Shown here: positions 50,540 to 64,000 of the stretch, one piece after another
Layout of the letters: each line of letters starts with the position of its first letter
How positions within the stretch are numbered: position 1 is the first letter of the stretch
Assembly: GCA_001643675.2 (NCBI GenBank)
Contig: LSRY02000026.1
Span: forward strand, 372,001-436,000
Direction of reading: 5' to 3'
Source: Monocercomonoides exilis PA203
Taxonomy: Eukaryota; Protista; Preaxostyla
Length of the DNA stretch: 64,000 nt
Position numbers and translations under genes: made by a program
The notes under the pieces: model-generated
Database searches by the model: none
What the model saw: only the letters and a program-made list of their open reading frames with translations
Told to the model about the DNA's origin: nothing

Positions 50540-51260
50540 TGGAGCTAATCGGATGCATGTAAGTTGAAATCGGAAAGGTGAAGAAAATATAATCTGAAGA
50601 AAATTGCCTGATATATATGAATAAATTCTTTTTGAAGATACGACAGCAATGAATCTTTTTTCATGAGCTTAATTTGTAGTTGATGGAGAAGCCAATTCAA
50701 ATGGAAAATGACGAAGAAATAATATAACCTGCGCTGATTTTGTGCTCTATGAAAGATAAGTGATGATATACACACATGTTGAAAAGAAGATGGCAGCTCA
50801 TGAATATGAAGTGAAATGAAAAATTATCAGAATTTGAAGAAATAATTGAGGAAATTATGAGAAAGCTCATCATTTGAAATGGTTTTTGCATCAGCTGCGC
50901 TGAAGGTGAGTGTTTGAGTTGGAACAAATGTTGAGGTGAGGAGGGTGGGAGAGGCGTCTTGGAGGAGGGAAATGAAGCCAGTGAGGGCATACTCGATGGT
51001 GGCGCATGGGGTCTGTTGGGGTCTGCCACAGGCATCAGAATTAGTTCCATTGCTGGCAACGATTTTGTTCTGAGCAATGAGTGGGAGCCAGCTATTGAAC
51101 TCAGCTTTTCTAATTTTCCACGATTTCATTTAGCGTTTGATGAAGCTTCTGAATCAAATTAAAAAAATGAGATTTATCGGCTATGCAAAGGTGAGGGGAA
51201 AATGAGAAAAATAACTATTATTGTTTGATTGATTCCAATATTTTTTTTTCTTTTCATCTT
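50540..51260 (-). pseudogene. 5' fragment of a surface-protein family gene
   Basis: VASNGTNSDACGRPQQTPCATIEYAL motif. The upstream non-coding region resembles that of 26781-27720. Confidence 0.55.
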
Positions 51261-51590
51261 TTCTGTTCTTCTTAATGATCTTTCTCTTTTCAATGTTTAA
51301 TTTTTCCAATTATTTATTTACAACTTTTTTTCTGAAGTTTTATTTATTTATTTTTAGTAAATTTTAATAAAACTTGATCAAAAAATACTTTTTTACCAAA
51401 AATATAAAAAAGGAATGAATTTTTGTTTAAATAAATAAAACAAATAAATGTTTTGTCAATACATGCTCAATACTCATAAAAAATCAATTCTTATTATGCG
51501 ATCAGAAAATACCACAATAGATTTTATATTTTCTATTTTTGATCTTTTTTATGATTTCAAAAAAAATCACCCATTTGTCATTTTTTTTAT

Positions 51591-52184
51591 CACTAATATA
51601 TACACCAAAAATAATTCTAATTCGGAAATAAATAATTCAATTTCGAAATTTAAATTTTTTTGTTTTGTGGAATGAATAACTTGTGTTTGGGGTTTTAAAT
51701 TCTTTAAATTTTTATCTCATCAACAAATTTTGTTTATCAATATTTGAAAAATGATGCATTTTCATTTAAAAATTTTCTTTTATTTTGAATGATAATTTAT
51801 TGATTGAAGTTAATTTGAAAAGGAAATAAATTTATTTTTATGTTTAAAACCGATATTATTCAAAATTTTGCCAATGAAACAATCACATTATTGTGAAGAA
51901 ATAATTCAATAATCGTGATTAAATATTTTCAATTTTTATTTGGTTTTTCAATAGAATGAATTTTTATAATATCATTATTATTTGAGTGATGATTTTCGAA
52001 AATAATAAAAAATTCAAAAAATTGATTAGAATCATAATTCTATTAAAAAAAACAGTTATGTGTGTAATAATATTCGATTGGTTAAAAAATAACTTGAACT
52101 TTTTTGAAATCCATTCTCGAGAAAAATTAAAAATTTAAGTTTTTAATGAATTTCGAAATTGAATTATTTTTGGTGTATTTAGTG
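51591..52184. repeat. Inverted-repeat-bounded AT-rich element (probable MITE)
   Basis: TACACCAAAAATAATTC...ATTTCGAAATT at 51601-51650 vs its reverse complement at 52149-52177. Outer CACTAA/TTAGTG. Confidence 0.55.
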
Positions 52185-52973
52185 AAAATATTAACAATAA
52201 AAAGTATTAATGTTATTATACGTTATTGAAAATTATTTAGTTATTGTATTTTATTTTCCTCAACTTTCGAAAGAAATTTGAACACTTTCTTGGCATTTTC
52301 ACAATTGACAAATTGATAAAATAAAAATTTTGTGGTTTTGTCACTTGTCAGATCTGTCATTGACAAGTCAGATCTGTCATTTTGTCTTTTTTGAAAACAC
52401 TTCTGAATTCAAGCAAAAATCGAAAGCCTAATGTATTTTGTTTAGTTGTGAGGAAAATTCTCATTTGCCACAAATAGATCAGACAAAATGGAATTTATTT
52501 TGTTTGATTGCTTCGATGGAATGAAGTTGTTTTCAGATGATTTTTTGGTAAGTATACGTGTTTTTGGTAAAAGTTCAAGTTTTTATTTAATTATTTTCTT
52601 TGAAATAGTTGAAATTTATGAGTTGTTTTTAGAACTCTTTATGTTGATTAACTTTTCTGTTTTTTGAAGCCTTGAGAAAATAAAGCACTAAATGTTTTGC
52701 ATATTCAATCTTCATCGCTTTTATTTTCACTAAAAGTCTTGCCAAACATTTGCAGTTATTCGATATTAACTTAGTTGTTAAGTCTCAAAAATCATAAAAA
52801 ATCAACGTTCAAGGAGTAATTTTTTATTAACAACGTAAAACAAATACAAAACATATATCATTTTGAAGGAAGAAATTAATTTTCTATTTTCAATTTAAGC
52901 AAGAGTTTTTAAAAATAAATCTTTTGTAAAAGAAAATGAGAATATTGAAATCATAGGTACATGAACAAATTAT

Positions 52974-55900
52974 TCATGTTTTTTTTTTTACAATTAAAAA
53001 CTTTCTGTCTTTAATACACCCAATCTTTATCTCCTTTGTCATTCTTCTTCCGCACAGCATCATGAACAGCGAATCCCTCAAATCCACAATCAATTTCTCA
53101 TGTGGGGATGAACAGGCCATTGCATCCACCAGATTCGACATCGATGAGGTGGTTGGACACAGACTCTCCGATCGAACAAATGTTGAATCTGAATCTGATG
53201 TGTCTGTGGATGAAGTGGATGAAATGGATGGTGATGGTGTTCTCTTTCTTATCTCTTCTTCCTTTTCTTCTTTCTCATCAACCTTCTCCAACATCCATTG
53301 AGGAATCTTGTCTGAATCTCTCCCCAATATATATTCCGTTGATCCACACTCACTCAACAAATGCTCTGATGACTCTGAATGTCCCAAGCTTTTCTCATAC
53401 ACCCTCTTCTTTATCCTCTCTTCGTTCTTCTTCTCTGCCTCCCTCTCAGCTCTCCTCCACTGCTCCTCTGGTGACATCTCCATCGTCACCTTCTCAAATG
53501 CCTTTGGACCCTACTTCACTGTGTCATTCACAATCTCTCTCAGGTCTTTGTTTTCATTCTTCGCTTATCTCCTCATCACAACCAGAACAACTCGGAACAG
53601 CAGGCCGAAGACTACGAGGAGGAGCACCAGCAAGGACGGGAGTGCTGGTGTGGCTGTTTAGGCCTGGTGGGCAGCGCTTGCAGGCTCTAACCTGTTTTTG
53701 AGGACGAGGGGGGGTGTTGCACACAAGACGCCATCAACCGCGCCAAACGGAACAGCAACACTAATTTCTGCAGCGGGGGGTGCAAAGGCAAAGGTGGCCA
53801 GCGGGACACGCCCCCGCGCCTCGCTCTCCGACACATACCCGTCGTTTGCGAACTCGTTGCAAAAGACAATCACCACACTGTCTGCGATTGTGACAAGGAG
53901 GAAAGTGAATTCGCATTGCAGGAAGAGTGACCAAAAGAGTTAAGCTCCACAAGGCTTAAGGTCTCCTGGGCCGCAAGAGATGTCAACACAGAGACGTAGA
54001 ATATTGAGGTGAAGTTGGAGATGATGCTTACCTGAAGACGCTCCTCGTTCCGGATCAGCGAAGAAGGTTGTTAAAAGCACATTCACCTCCTTTCAAGCTC
54101 GCCAGAGTACGCGATTGAAAATCCTGGTAGGCAATTTTTGGGCAGGAAGACGGTTGGCTGCTTTTCTGATGGCCGTTTCGGCCAGAGGTGATGTTGCTCA
54201 CAATCCGTTGTATCGTCGATGTGGATAGCACCTCCAGAGATAGACAACGTTACATCAGATGCGCTTGTTAAATTGAGATAGATGATGTCTGCTGTTGTGT
54301 TGTATTAATGAACGAAAAGATACTGTCTCAACTGTTAACATTTGTCATTGCATAGCATTCTATGTGAGCTCTTTCAATGAATAACTCCACAAGCGAGAGT
54401 TCAGGTGCAATTCTTACGCTCTCAACGCTTCCTTGGAGTGTCTGTTTATCTGCTTCTTTCTTAGAGGATGTGTCACATTACAAGAAGGTGAAGTTGGACA
54501 AAGTATTGTGTACAGAAGAGGAAGACATAGGAAGCATGGACAATTGAAAAATGCATAGGCATCTGTATTTGTGCAGTTGCAGAAAAAAGAACCAGAAAAT
54601 GCGAGTTCTTTTGTTACAGTGGCAGGGAGGCAGATGATGCTGATCTGCAAAAATACCAGATATTCGGTTGACATACTGAGCGCCAAGGAGCTCTCGCACT
54701 AACTGAACTCGAAGAGGAAAGTGACAGCTGGAGGAGCTGGAGGTTAATATTTGTGAGGGCAACATAGTTGGCATCGGAGGAAAGGAAAAATGAGAGAGCG
54801 AATGCGAGGTGCAAGACTGAGCAGTTGTTTACTGGAACGTGTTCACACAACATAGCGAACAGAGAGGATTTGAGTTTCTTTTGGCAAATGAAAGAGAGAT
54901 GTGCCAATTGGTGTTGTTCCTATCAACACTGTCAGAGGACGTAAATTGTAACACAAAAAAGAGGGTGAAATGTTCTATCCGGACGTTTGCAGAGGTTGCG
55001 AGGACGAAGACGAAGAATAAGATAACATAATTGAAACGAATGAGTGAAGACAATTGGGACTTTAACCATCAGTTGCTCACGCTTGCTGTTCTGGACTGGG
55101 AGCAGATAGCTTTGTGTAGCAACACCAACAGTTAAGAGTATTAGGATCGAATAAGTTTATTATACTCTTCATGCAATGATCGGAAGGATGCTTCAAGCTC
55201 TCCAAACTGCTGACTATCCTAATAATTGTTCCCGAACGAAGACACATAAATTGTTTCATTCCTGTGCTTTGCAAATCTTTTCTGCAGGTCTTCTTTGTAC
55301 TGATAGATACCAAATTTGCATCTTCATATTGTGAGGTCTTTAACAAATAAAGCTCTGAAGTCCAGCAAAAACTGCTCATCTGCAATCTGTGCTTTTATCG
55401 AGTGGCAATCCACATACACGTCTCTTCCCTGATATGCGACATTGCCCTTGAACGTGATGTTCGACAGCACAAATGCTACTGGCTTGGCAGAGGCAGATGT
55501 GTTTTCCAAAAACAAGTCTCCGTTCCTTCCAGTTGATGAGCAGAAGCAGTCGGCGATTGAAGAAAACAAGCAATCAAAATGCCCTCCTTCGTTCAGTCTA
55601 AAAAAAAACAGCCACTCCATTTTTGCATCCAGAACCACCTCGTTTTTTAATTGTTGCATTGAGGATGACCATATTTGTTGGATCAATGCCTGCCCTTCGG
55701 ATCATTGCGATGTTGCCAGCTGCACTCTGGACCACTTTTTCGAGTGCGTTCCATTCAACAGCAAAACTTTCATCGTCTTTTGTATTTTCATTCTTGTCTT
55801 CAATTCAAGTCCTTGAAATGCATAACCCGCTTCCATCTCCCAGATTAATGTTTTTCATCATAAGATTTATTATTTTTTAAGGATGTTGAAGATTGCACAA

Positions 55901-56900
55901 AAAATACTTCTCTTGAAAATCCAAGTAATTGCATTATCGCAAATATCAGCACAACCGGACTTCCATCTGCCATGATCAGCCCACATTCAATTTTGCTTTC
56001 TCCACCGTTTTCTTTTTTCATAAACTGACAGCATTTCAAACGTCACAATCCTTCGCTTGAACAAACATGAATCTAATTGTTTACGGCCAGTGAATGAAAA
56101 TAGCAGAATAAAGCTTATTAATTCGAACTTGGTTATTCCTTGAATGTTTATTACTGCTTCCTCTGATCCTTCAAGTGTAGAGTAACATTCCAAAAAGCAA
56201 ATGTTGCTATTATCAGATTTTATTGAAGCTACGCTGAGCCCCACACATTTCTGAAGAACAGCCTTCCCAAAGACATAAATATTATTTTCATTTCTTTCAG
56301 GCTATCGATCCAAAGAATAATCTATAAAAAGGCATGGATAATTTGAGAATCCACAAACGCTCACACACACATCACAACATTCGCCTCCTATGAACATTTC
56401 TGAGTCAAGAGAAATCCAGAAATAAAATAATGGAATGGCTTTCGTTGTATCACATCCATCAAAGCCTTTCAATGAATCCATGGATATTCCAATTAGGAGC
56501 TTAGTCACAAAGGAAAGCATGGAGTTGGTAATGTTCTTTGTCAAGAAAAAAGATTCAACAAACATGACATCTCCACATCTTGCGGCATTTGGCTTGCCTG
56601 CATCTAATACTACGAAAAATTATTTACAATGGATCATTACAAACAAACATTTATAAAATCTGCGATTCGAAACAAATTCTCTCTTTTTCAGCGTGCACTG
56701 TACATCCTGTGAATATGCATATGATATTATTCAGCTTAACTTTTCCATTTATCTGTGTATTTATTGCCCTTTCTCTGCTAATGATAGATAGCTCACAATA
56801 CTTTTGAAAAACGCCTTCTTTGATGTTCATTGATGAATATTCTTTTTCATAATTTTGTTATTGACATTTGCACTGTTTTTGCTTTTTGAAATACTTTTTG
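52974..56900 (-). pseudogene. Disrupted transmembrane surface-protein family gene(s)
   Basis: AYQGRDVYVDC...QFLLDF (55324-55686), CGFSNYPC (56302-56565), hydrophobic segment ~53580-53650, and cytoplasmic MSPEEQWRRAEREAEKK...LIVDLRDSLF (52974-53489). Confidence 0.65.
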
Positions 56901-57199
56901 TTGCGTTTATATTGCATTGTCTAACTAGAAAATATTTGTTTTCTCCAGTTAATAATCAAACATCCATTTTTTGGGAATCTCTTTAAAATATGCTTTCTAA
57001 ATATTCTAAAACAGAGGAACGTTTTAATTTCTCATATCATTCGACCGAGTTTGCACTAAATTTGAATTTGCGAAAATAACCCCAGAATAAGCTTCATCTT
57101 CTTCGATTTTAGCATTGGAAATAGCAAATTAACTTTCAGATTCATTTATTATGCACAGAAGATTTATCATTGAATAATTACAACTTTTCAATGTGAATA

Positions 57200-58174
57200 G
57201 AATCAATTATTTATCGGTGCCCAAAAAATTAATCGGAATCTAAATTTTCTGGCTCTCCAGAGCACTTTTAGAAAAAAATTAAATGACAGGAAATTTTCAA
57301 AATATTTTTTATAATTATTCCTGTAAATATTTAGGGTCATAATTTTTCAATTTTTGTGAAAAGAACTGGAATTTTTAGTTTTATTTTTTAGATCAAATAC
57401 TTGCTCATATCTCAACAAGTTTTTTATTCTGAGGATTTTGAGTGTTGTAATTGGTATTAAACCTGTCATTTTTATGTTTTTTGTTATTTATTGTTATCAA
57501 ACACTTCGTTTTTATTATTGTTTTTTCTGTTTATCGACATTTCAAAAAAATGAGAAAAAAATGAAATTTGAGATTGTATTATATTTTTATGTTGAAAAAT
57601 CGTTGAAAAAATGAATATTATGATCATCACAAAAATTTGAAATGAAAGAATGTGATTTGAAAAAAAGGAAATAAAAATACACAAAAACAAGTATTTTTGT
57701 ATTATAATCACGATCACAAAAATATAAAGATTTTCTTCTTTTTGTATATTTTCATTTGTTGATAATTTATATGTTTTATCTTTTTAATTAACGAAAAAAC
57801 TTATATATTCAAATGTATTCTTCAATTTGTCGAAATATAGTGAAATGAAAAAAATAATAAAAAAACGAAGTGTTTGATAACAATAAATAACAAAAAACAT
57901 AAAAATGACAGGTTTAATACCAATTACAACACTCAAAATCCTCAGAATAAAAAACTTGTTGAGATATGAGCAAGTATTTGATCTTAAAAATAAAACTAAA
58001 AATTCCAGTTCTTTTCACAAAAATTGAAAAATTATGACCCTAAATATTTACAGGAATAATTATAAAAAATATTTTGAAAATTTCCTGTCATTTAATTTTT
58101 TTCTAAAAGTGCTCTGGAGAGCCAGAAAATTTAGATTCCGATTAATTTTTTGGGCACCGATAAATTATTGACCC
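57200..58174. mobile_element. Foldback element, 975 bp, with ~325-bp inverted arms
   Basis: 57200-~57527 is a near-perfect reverse complement of ~57847-58174. Flanked by TA on both sides. No ORF. Confidence 0.85.
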
Positions 58175-59849
58175 TATAGATCGGAACAAAAATATTCAAA
58201 TAATTAATATTTATTAATGGTATTTAATATAAGTTCACTTCTTCAAAAACAAATGTTTGTCATTGTTTCTGTTAAAAAATTATCAAAATCTTATTTTCGA
58301 TTAACTCAATAATTTATTTGATGAATATATTATGTGTCACAATGATCGAATATGAGTGACACAACTTTTTTTATTTGTCATGTCACATAGGCTAACTTCG
58401 TATGAAATTAGCGTTATCGAAACAATATTTGTGTATCATTTGTTAACAATAATATAAAATATTTCACTTAATATTATGGGAATGGAATGATTAACATTTT
58501 TTGATCATTTGTGATCTTTTATTCAGATCAATAAAACGTTTGTGACTATTCAAAAAGAATGACAAATTAGATGAAATTTGAATAAAAAATTTCATTTTGA
58601 ATAACTTCATTTTAATAAAATAAAATACTGATTTATTTGACAAAAACACACTATATTCAATTATACTCGCTTTATTTAGGAATTCCCGACTTCATTTGAG
58701 TTTCTGTTTGATTATGATTTCATTAAGAACAGAATAAAGAACATAATAAGAAAAACGCAGATATACAGATCACCTCCGAGATAATGAGTTTGATCTTAAA
58801 CTATGGGTGGTTTGAGTGAAAACTTCGCTCTCCCAAAATGACGTGGAATAAAAGGGGCGAGATGAAAATATAGACAATAACATTAAAAATTAAATAATAA
58901 AATAATGCATTGTCCACTTCACTTCACCACAGACTTCGCCTTTTAGTCTTGGTCACGAAGAGCAGAGGACAGAAGAAATTATCACTTGGAGCTGTCTTCT
59001 GCAGGCTGTGGAGTGATCTGGTGATGCAAGTGTTATGCAAGGAGCAGAAAGAAAAACCACTCTTGCTTCCGCGAGGCGTGGAAAAGAAAACTGCTTGTGC
59101 AGCGCTCTGCCTTTCGCTCTTCTGCTGATCCAGCAGAGCAACCCTAATCATCACACGCTATGTGGGCTAGTCTGACTCTTCTCTTTGCAAATCGTTTATA
59201 AACAAATCAAGTCGTATGATTATTCATAAAACTTTCAATTCATTCCATATTTCTTTGTCCACGTTGTGGGTGCAACCTGGTGGCTTCGGGCGGTTAATCT
59301 TTCTTTCCTACCTTGGATGTCTCGCCCCTTTTTTCTCGTCATCTTCTCACTTGCATGTTTCTCTCTTTATCACCCAGCCGCTTTAAGTCTCTCCATCCGC
59401 GTTCGTATTATTTCGGAGCAAACCTGTCTCACTGCATTTTTATTAATGCGCAATAATGCAAATCAACAAACGCAAGGAGCAGGTTTGCTCCTCAATAATG
59501 AGTCTTGAAATCCCTTTTTATTTATTTATTTTAATTAAATAAAACTTTAATGTATTAATTTATTTATTAGAAATGATCTTGTACCCTCCTGCCTAGCACA
59601 ATGTCGTGCAGCGGATGAACAGAAAAACTGCGGATGAATGTGCGGCCCTTGTCTCTACTCCATCCCTCTCTTGGAGTGTTTCCGATTTGTTCTTGATCTG
59701 GTGTTAAATGTTCCTGCAGTCTTGGCCATTTGTCCTATGCTTCTCTCTCCGCGTTTCTTCATATCAGTTTCATGTTTTTTCTGTGAGGCAGTGTGTCTGC
59801 CATCCGTCAGCTCCATAATGCTGTGGGGAATTATGGAGGTTGTCTCCCC

Positions 59850-61500
59850 ACATTTGGGGAGTCAGACTTAGTCACTTTCCTGGTGTTTTCTCTTTTTACG
59901 ATTAGGCCCTCGTCTCTTCGACCTCTTCCTCCTGTTCATATCCACTTCTCCCCCAGCTTGTGAATTCTCTCTTGTGTATTCCTTTATTCCCAATTCTGTA
60001 TTCTCATTTCTTATATCCTCTCTCTCGCTGTCCTTCTCCTACTTGTCTCCCTTTTTCGCAAGGGGTACTAGGCCGCCGATTGTATCAAGAATTTATTTTG
60101 TATTTTGAATAGGTAACACATTATAATATTCCTGGATCACTCTTGAACCTGGAGCCCATCTCGCGTACACATTGATCGCTTTCCAATCTGCACCTTCTTT
60201 TTTAGCAAAGCGCGTTGTCACTGCATGTCTAATCGAGTACGAGGTAAATGTTTCCGGTATTCCGTTCTCTCTCAGAATTGCTGTTAACTCTTCTTTGATT
60301 CTCTGCAAATTCGCAGGTTGATTCTCACAAATATCAAACCACACATGTTCATCCTTGAACGTTGTCTTTGTAAATTCTCCCCAACGTTGGAGCGCTGCAA
60401 CAGCATCTATACGTGGGTTTGTATGTTTATCTATGATAACCTTAACCTTCTCTCCCCCGGATGTTTTTGTTTGTACTTGTGTCTGGACTAAATAATCTTT
60501 AAATATTATTGTATCACTTCTCATTCTTTCCAGCTCTGCTGGCCTTAAAGCCCCGAATATCATGGTCAGGACGAGAGCTCTCCTTTGGAGGGTCTGTGGG
60601 TCTTTCATATCATGGGTGGCTTCTGCCCATTTCGTGATGATTGTCAAGTCCCACATTGATTTGTATCGTTTGCCCCTTCTTGGCTTATCCCACACATAAG
60701 TCTTCAGAAATATCTCTATGTACTTCCCATCAATTTTCGTCTCTCAAAACAGATTAAAAAAATCCAGCACTTTCCGAACTGTCTGATGAATCACTCCACT
60801 TGACAGTTTTGTATTCGAGAGTATTTCAGTTAACTCTGCAATGATCCACATGGCATCTTTGGTTGTGAGGGGGTCAGTGTCATCCATGCTCTCTCTATCT
60901 AGGACTTGTTAAAAATTCCTCAGCGCTCTCCATGTATCCCTTTCGTTCTTTTGATTAGTCAATATTGCTGCTGCTATGTCCTTTGCTCCAACGTGTTCTC
61001 CCCATGCTTGAAAGAGGTCCATTCCAGGGATATTTTCTTCTCCAGTGTAATGCTTATCACCTCTCCTGGGGGTAACTTCCTTTCTTCCATTCTCATCTTC
61101 GCTCACGGTATCATGCACTCCTGAAGTGTCCCCAGGGTCTTTATCGAATGCCCAGGCTGCAGAAGCGGTGTCCAGGTCTGCCCCCACCATGCTGAAATAA
61201 TCAGAATCTTCAGTTCCCTCTGAGCTTCCTTCATCTTCCCCCTCAGGATCTGTCCAATGTTTCTCAGGTACGGGTGGACTAGCACTATCTCGTTTTCTAG
61301 CATTTCTTTCTCTCTTTCTTTTTTCTCAGAGAGGATAGTTAACAAATAGTTCCGCAGGGCACAGGAGCAGTCGGGTTTGAAATTGTATCTAGTGTTCTAA
61401 GTGCGAATATTTGTAATATCTCTGTGACTTTCTCCCCCTTCAGTGCATTGTCCGGCTTTTTCGCCATCCGGCTGAGTGCATCTGCTTCCGTGTTTTGTAT
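59850..61500 (-). mobile_element. Truncated, decayed DIRS-like element (RNase H end, MT, tyrosine recombinase)
   Basis: EADALSRMA near 61470; VLVHPYL (MT remnant, 61103-61345); YR ORF 60093-60695 with LRPAEL, QTKT, YSIRHA, ARWA, EYY. Confidence 0.8.
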
Positions 61501-62293
61501 TATAATCTTGTGGCAAAGTGAGGCTCTTTTTCCTTATAACTTTACACGATATTTTGTAACTAATGTTCTCTGGATAATCCCTTCACAATGTGCGTCTTGT
61601 TGTTCGACATTTTCAGCTGTGCACTATTTTTTATTCTAGATGGGGGAAAATATGGACTTTCAAGCTTTTATTGTTAAAGATCTAAAAAAAAAATTGTTTC
61701 ACTCATACATTTCTTAAACTATTTCAGACTATAAAATAAATAGGATTCTCATATCTATTAACATGTAACATTGATATCACTATTTTATATTTTGTGACAT
61801 TTCATGAATGTCAAAATATGAACACATATTTAATGAATTTTTTGAAAACCAAAAGTTAATCAAAAGTGCATAATTCATCAATGAAAATGCCTGAAGTTAA
61901 ATATTTTGTCCCAGATGATTTATTAAAAGCCCAGATCCTGGTAAATTCAACAATATTTTCCACTCTTACTATTTTCAAAATTCGATTTAATTCTTTTCCC
62001 TCGCCGTCTTTGTCTGATAGTCTAACAGGTTGTTTGAATCATTTTTATTGCGGATAATAAGGATCTTCATTGAATTTGAGTATTGGCGAAGTGAGATCTT
62101 AAGCAACCCATAGGATGAATCTTATACTCATTATCGAGGAGTAAACCTGCTCCTTGCGTTTGTAGATTCGAAGCATTACGAATTTCCTAAATAAACAATA
62201 TCATTAACAATTATGCACAACGATGCTACTGAATTTTCTCATCATTGTTGCCCAACTCATATTTTCCTTCACCTGGAAGCTTAAGATTCCCAC

Positions 62294-64000
62294 TCACATG
62301 CTCCATCTCAATGTATATCGCTCCAGACTACACATTTTCTGCCTTTCACTCATTGAATGTGCATGCTTTTGTCCTTCCCATCTCACCTTCGAATTCTCCT
62401 CTCCCAGCTCTATCTCCAACACTGCTGTCTTCCCACTCTTCGGCTTCACTCCTTCCATTCGAAGCCCTTCTTCAACCAAAATCATCCCGTTTGTCTCTTC
62501 TGTTTCTTTATTTTTATTATCCTTTTTGATCTCTTTTCCCTCTCCGATTATTCCATTTTTGATGCTCATTGCTGCTTCTTTTTCCACTTCCACATTCTTC
62601 ATTTCCACATCCTCTATCACAACTTTCTATGCTCCTTCAACCGAATACGGTGTCACTTTGAACAAAGCTGTTTCCCCATCATTAACACATTTAATACCTG
62701 TCATCATCAATGTCCCTGCACTCACCTTCACAAGATGGATTTTTATTTCTTCCCCTGTATTTGTAAGCATCCCAAGTGTATTGGTCGATGTTGTTTGCTT
62801 AAAATCACAAGTGTCAATTGTTAGTGATGTTGATTCTGAATCAGCATGAATCAAGGCATATGTGCTTGAACTATCTTTCTGTTCATTTGCGACTAGTTCA
62901 GATGCTGATTTGAAATCAAACACCAAATTCTTGAATGTCACTGTTTTTTGACAGGTGAATAAATCGCTTTCAGAAATATTGCTACAATCTATCTCGACTT
63001 TTGTGTCAGCTTCATTTCCAGTTTCCTCTGCTTCTACCACTCCTTCGATCGTAATTCCTGTCTCTTTTGAGAATGTCACAGCATCTGCTTTAAGAACTTC
63101 TTGGTTTGATTTTCCTTTTTCTTTTAATATTTTAATAGAAAATTCTCCTGGACCTTTTGATTTATCCAATAAATCATTAGCTCCTTTTATTGTTGAAAAT
63201 GGTTTTGTTTTTGTTCCATCTGCTGTGCTATCATCTTCTCCTCCACTTTGAACATATGCCTCATGTGGATCAAAATATATTGCAGTGAAATCAATATCTT
63301 CACTTACATTAGCTCCCTTAGCTGCAACAAACCAGTCATTTGTTCCTTTCATATAATTTTTGGCAAATTTCTTTTTCATTTCTGTAGCAATCGTCTGTAA
63401 CTTTTCACTTTTCACATCAAGATACAAAAATGTCTGTTTATCTGAACCAGCTTTGCACCCACTAACTGTCAATTTATCTTCCTCAGACCATGTCAATTGA
63501 TTTGCATTTGAAATATTTGGCATCTTCAGATATATCCCACCTGATTTCCCATTGGCACATTCACATGATGTAAATGTTGTTGTTGCATTTGAAATTCGTG
63601 AACTTTCTCCTATATTAAATGTGCTATCTGATTGATCACTTTCAACATACAATGCTCCACTTGTGGCATTAGATGCTTCTGTTGATATGCAATTGGCAAA
63701 TGTACACCCATGGACATTCACTTCAATCTTAGTATCACTATTGTTTCCCCCAATCTTCACCACTGCACTTGCACTCGACTCTATGTTATTCAATGTCGAT
63801 GCAATCAATGTCACTTTTGTTGCTTTGTCAAACAAAAACGGAGTGGTTGAAAACTTAGCAGTGTTGTTATCATCACTGAAAGATACTGCCTCCATGTTGA
63901 ATTCACCTGCTTCCACTTTTACTAAATGTATATTGGCTGTTTCTGTTTCTGTTGGACGAACAAATTGGCAAGTGCTAATTGTCAGATTAGGTGAGAGTGG
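62294..64000 (-). pseudogene. Surface-protein family gene (beta-helix-like repeats) with an in-frame TAG at 62627; runs off the right edge
   Basis: 429-aa ORF with SGALYV, SGGIYL and DGTKTKPFSTIKGA, continuing in frame into 62294-62620. Confidence 0.6.

Noticed and set aside
51591-52184. CACTA-superfamily assignment
   Set aside because: CACTA/TAGTG is present, but there is no matching 2-3-bp TSD.
52348-52382. GTCAGATCTGTCATT direct repeat as a CRISPR-like array
   Set aside because: Only two units with a 5-bp gap, in eukaryotic context.

Overview
AT-rich eukaryotic DNA with short GT-AG introns. The decayed multigene families (EETQKEVEM/YHQxHHNLT family; GRDVY and MSPEEQWRRAE surface-protein families) suggest an oxymonad such as Monocercomonoides; this is inferred from recognition of the families, not from a search. 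The window is mostly transposons and pseudogenes. It holds three DIRS-type tyrosine-recombinase retroelements, a Merlin/IS1595-like transposase, a fully bounded hAT element (16-bp TIR, 8-bp TSD) carrying a host-family gene copy, several MITEs/foldbacks and a (TTC)n tract. It also has remnants of CFAP65 and of surface-protein genes. Three observations stand out. (1) Two divergent copies of a Sola2-like DDD transposase are fused to a ubiquitin-specific protease (C19/USP) domain. (2) Both copies are followed by a GC-rich hairpin region ending in the same 12-mer, CAGCCTTCCAGG. (3) One copy lies inside a 19.9-kb segment (4264-24187) with 29-bp TIRs and an ATAT duplication; this segment splits a 238-bp MITE, which in turn appears to split a Merlin element. 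No rRNA, tRNA or CRISPR array was recognised.
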